Shown here piece after piece: positions 19,964-21,453 of a stretch of DNA of 21,453 bases. Numbering within the stretch: the stretch's first letter is position 1; the number at the start of each line of letters is the position of its first letter. Location of the stretch: the NCBI RefSeq assembly GCF_006345805.1, contig NW_021823737.1, forward strand, positions 1 through 21,453, in the 5' to 3' direction. This stretch comes from Octopus sinensis (taxonomy: Eukaryota). The notes below the pieces were generated by a model. The model was not told the origin of the DNA and ran no database searches. It was given only the letters and a program-made list of their open reading frames with translations. The position numbers were made by a program, and so were the translations under genes.

Positions 19964-20195
19964 AAGGCGGCGAGCTGGCAGAAACACGCACCGGGCGAAA
20001 TGCTTAGCGGCATTTCGTCTGCCGTTACGTTCTGAGTTCAAATTCCGCCGAGGTCGACTTTGTCTTTCATCCTTTCGGGGTCGATTAAATAAGTACCTGT
20101 TACGCACTGGGGTCGATGTAATCGACTTAATCCGTTTGTCTGTCCTTGTTTGTCCCCTCTATGTTTAGCCCCTTGTGGATAGTAAAGAAATAGGT
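19964..20195 (+). mobile_element. Family-B SINE (full length) with a 17-bp TSD
   Basis: TSD ggtaattaagaactatc at 19938-19954 and 20193-20209 (overlapping the SINE's last bases). Confidence 0.93.
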
Positions 20196-20222
20196 AATTA
20201 AGAACTATCCGAGAGTCTTTCA

Positions 20223-20223
<1 letters not shown>

Positions 20224-20297
<74 letters not shown>
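20224..20297. repeat. (TAA)n tract between LINE fragments B and C
   Basis: Read directly. Confidence 0.95.
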
Positions 20298-21094
20298 TAA
20301 AAGACCAGGAAGCATCATGGAGGTAGGTCAGCAAGGGTGACCTAAAAAAGAATACTGAAAGCCTAATCATCAATGCCCAGGACCGGGCACTGAATACCAA
20401 CTCAGTGAAAAAGAATGTACACCACACAAGTGCAGCGGACCTCTGCAGAATGTGTAGGAAGAGGGTCGAAAGCGTGACTCACATTGTTAGTTCTTGTGAA
20501 AGTCTTGCGTAGACACGACAAGGTAGCCCGAAACCTCCACTGGCTACCATGACGTAAGTTTGAGGTTACGGGTGCTTGGTACCAACATACACCGGAAAAG
20601 GTAATAAACTAAAAGGGGAAGGCAAAAATCTTCTGGGATTTTGACTTCCAGACAGACAAGGCGTTAGAGCACTGAAGTCCGGATATAGTAACCTTTCGGA
20701 GAGACAGGCAAGAGTGCCTAATAATTGACGTAGCAGTGCCAGGAGATCAACATATCATCATGAAAGAAAGAGAAAAGGTTGATAAATATGGAGACCTGAG
20801 AATTGAGATCGCTAAGATGTGGCAGCTACGAGAGTCAAACGTAATGGTTAACCCTATTGTCATCGGAGCATTGGGTTCAATGCTACCCAAGCTGAAAAAT
20901 CATCTGAATACCTTAGAAATACCCTACAGTTAGATGTATTGCAAAAGTCGGCACTACCCGGAACTGCACGCATATTGCGTAAAGTAATGCCTGTCTGAGG
21001 TCCTTGTTGTAACTTGACAATCAGTATAAACCCAAGGTAGACACAATATCTTCAATCAACAACCTGACGATATTGTATACTTGTACAACGTCTC
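20298..21094 (+). pseudogene. R4/Dong-like LINE 3' fragment C (CCHC, RLE, 3' UTR)
   Basis: GDLKKNTESLIINAQDRALNT...CRMCRKRVESVTHIVSSC...RHDKVARNLHW...PDIV....ECLIIDVAVPGD....EREKVDKYGDL..EIAKMW...VIGALG. (TAA)n lies on both sides. Confidence 0.9.
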
Positions 21095-21145
<51 letters not shown>

Positions 21146-21228
21146 GAAGAAGAAGAATAAGAAGAAGAGCAAAGAAAGAAAAGAAGAAGAAGAAGAAGAG
21201 AAGAAGAAGAAGAAGAAGAGAAGAAGAA
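21095..21228. repeat. (TAA)n grading into (GAA)n
   Basis: Read directly. Confidence 0.95.
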
Positions 21229-21230
21229 TT

Positions 21231-21453
21231 TCGGATCTTTTCGTTTGTGAACGGCAGTTTTTTCTAGCGGTGTCATATGAAATTGTCACCCATAATTATG
21301 ACCCTAGTATCGATTTATTGCATTTCAATCTTTTTTAGGGTTAAGGTTAGTTAGTGTTAGGGTTAGGGGAAGGTATCTTTTTTCTTCACAAATGTAAATA
21401 AAACCCAATCTGTTTTCTTAAACGAGGGACATATTCATACGGCACAGAATTTT
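21231..21453. mobile_element. Non-autonomous (MITE- or Helentron-like) repeat with internal TTAGGG-like units; runs off the window end
   Basis: Abrupt start after the microsatellite (tcggatcttttcg...gaacggcagtttttt). ttaggg-ttaagg-ttag-ttagtg-ttaggg-ttaggg at 21335-21368. Class is uncertain because the other end is not visible. Confidence 0.5.

Overview
Repeat-saturated, AT-rich eukaryotic DNA. The SINE and LINE families look like those of octopus (inference from recognised repeat families, not a database result). No intact host gene, RNA gene or CRISPR array is supported. Almost every ORF in the supplied track is microsatellite, SINE or LINE-fossil read-through. Contents: about 15 tRNA-derived SINE copies or fragments from three families (called A, B and C here); six fragments of R4/Dong-like non-LTR retrotransposons with a restriction-like endonuclease (RLE), one of them an old ~3 kb reverse transcriptase (RT) fossil split by four SINEs; an uninterrupted RTE/BovB-like 3' fragment ending in three C2H2 fingers; a Tx1/L1-clade fragment; an internally deleted DD37D (maT-type) mariner; a Penelope-like terminal repeat with a minimal hammerhead ribozyme motif; a MITE-like element with TTAGGG repeats; and many microsatellites. 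The most notable observations are two very long target-site duplications (TSDs: 127 bp around a SINE, and (ATGT)13ATA around the RTE piece), the triple zinc-finger RTE C-terminus, serial RLE-LINE fragments alternating with (TAA)n tracts, head/tail module swapping among SINEs, and one unexplained coding-like island at about 15.3-15.66 kb.
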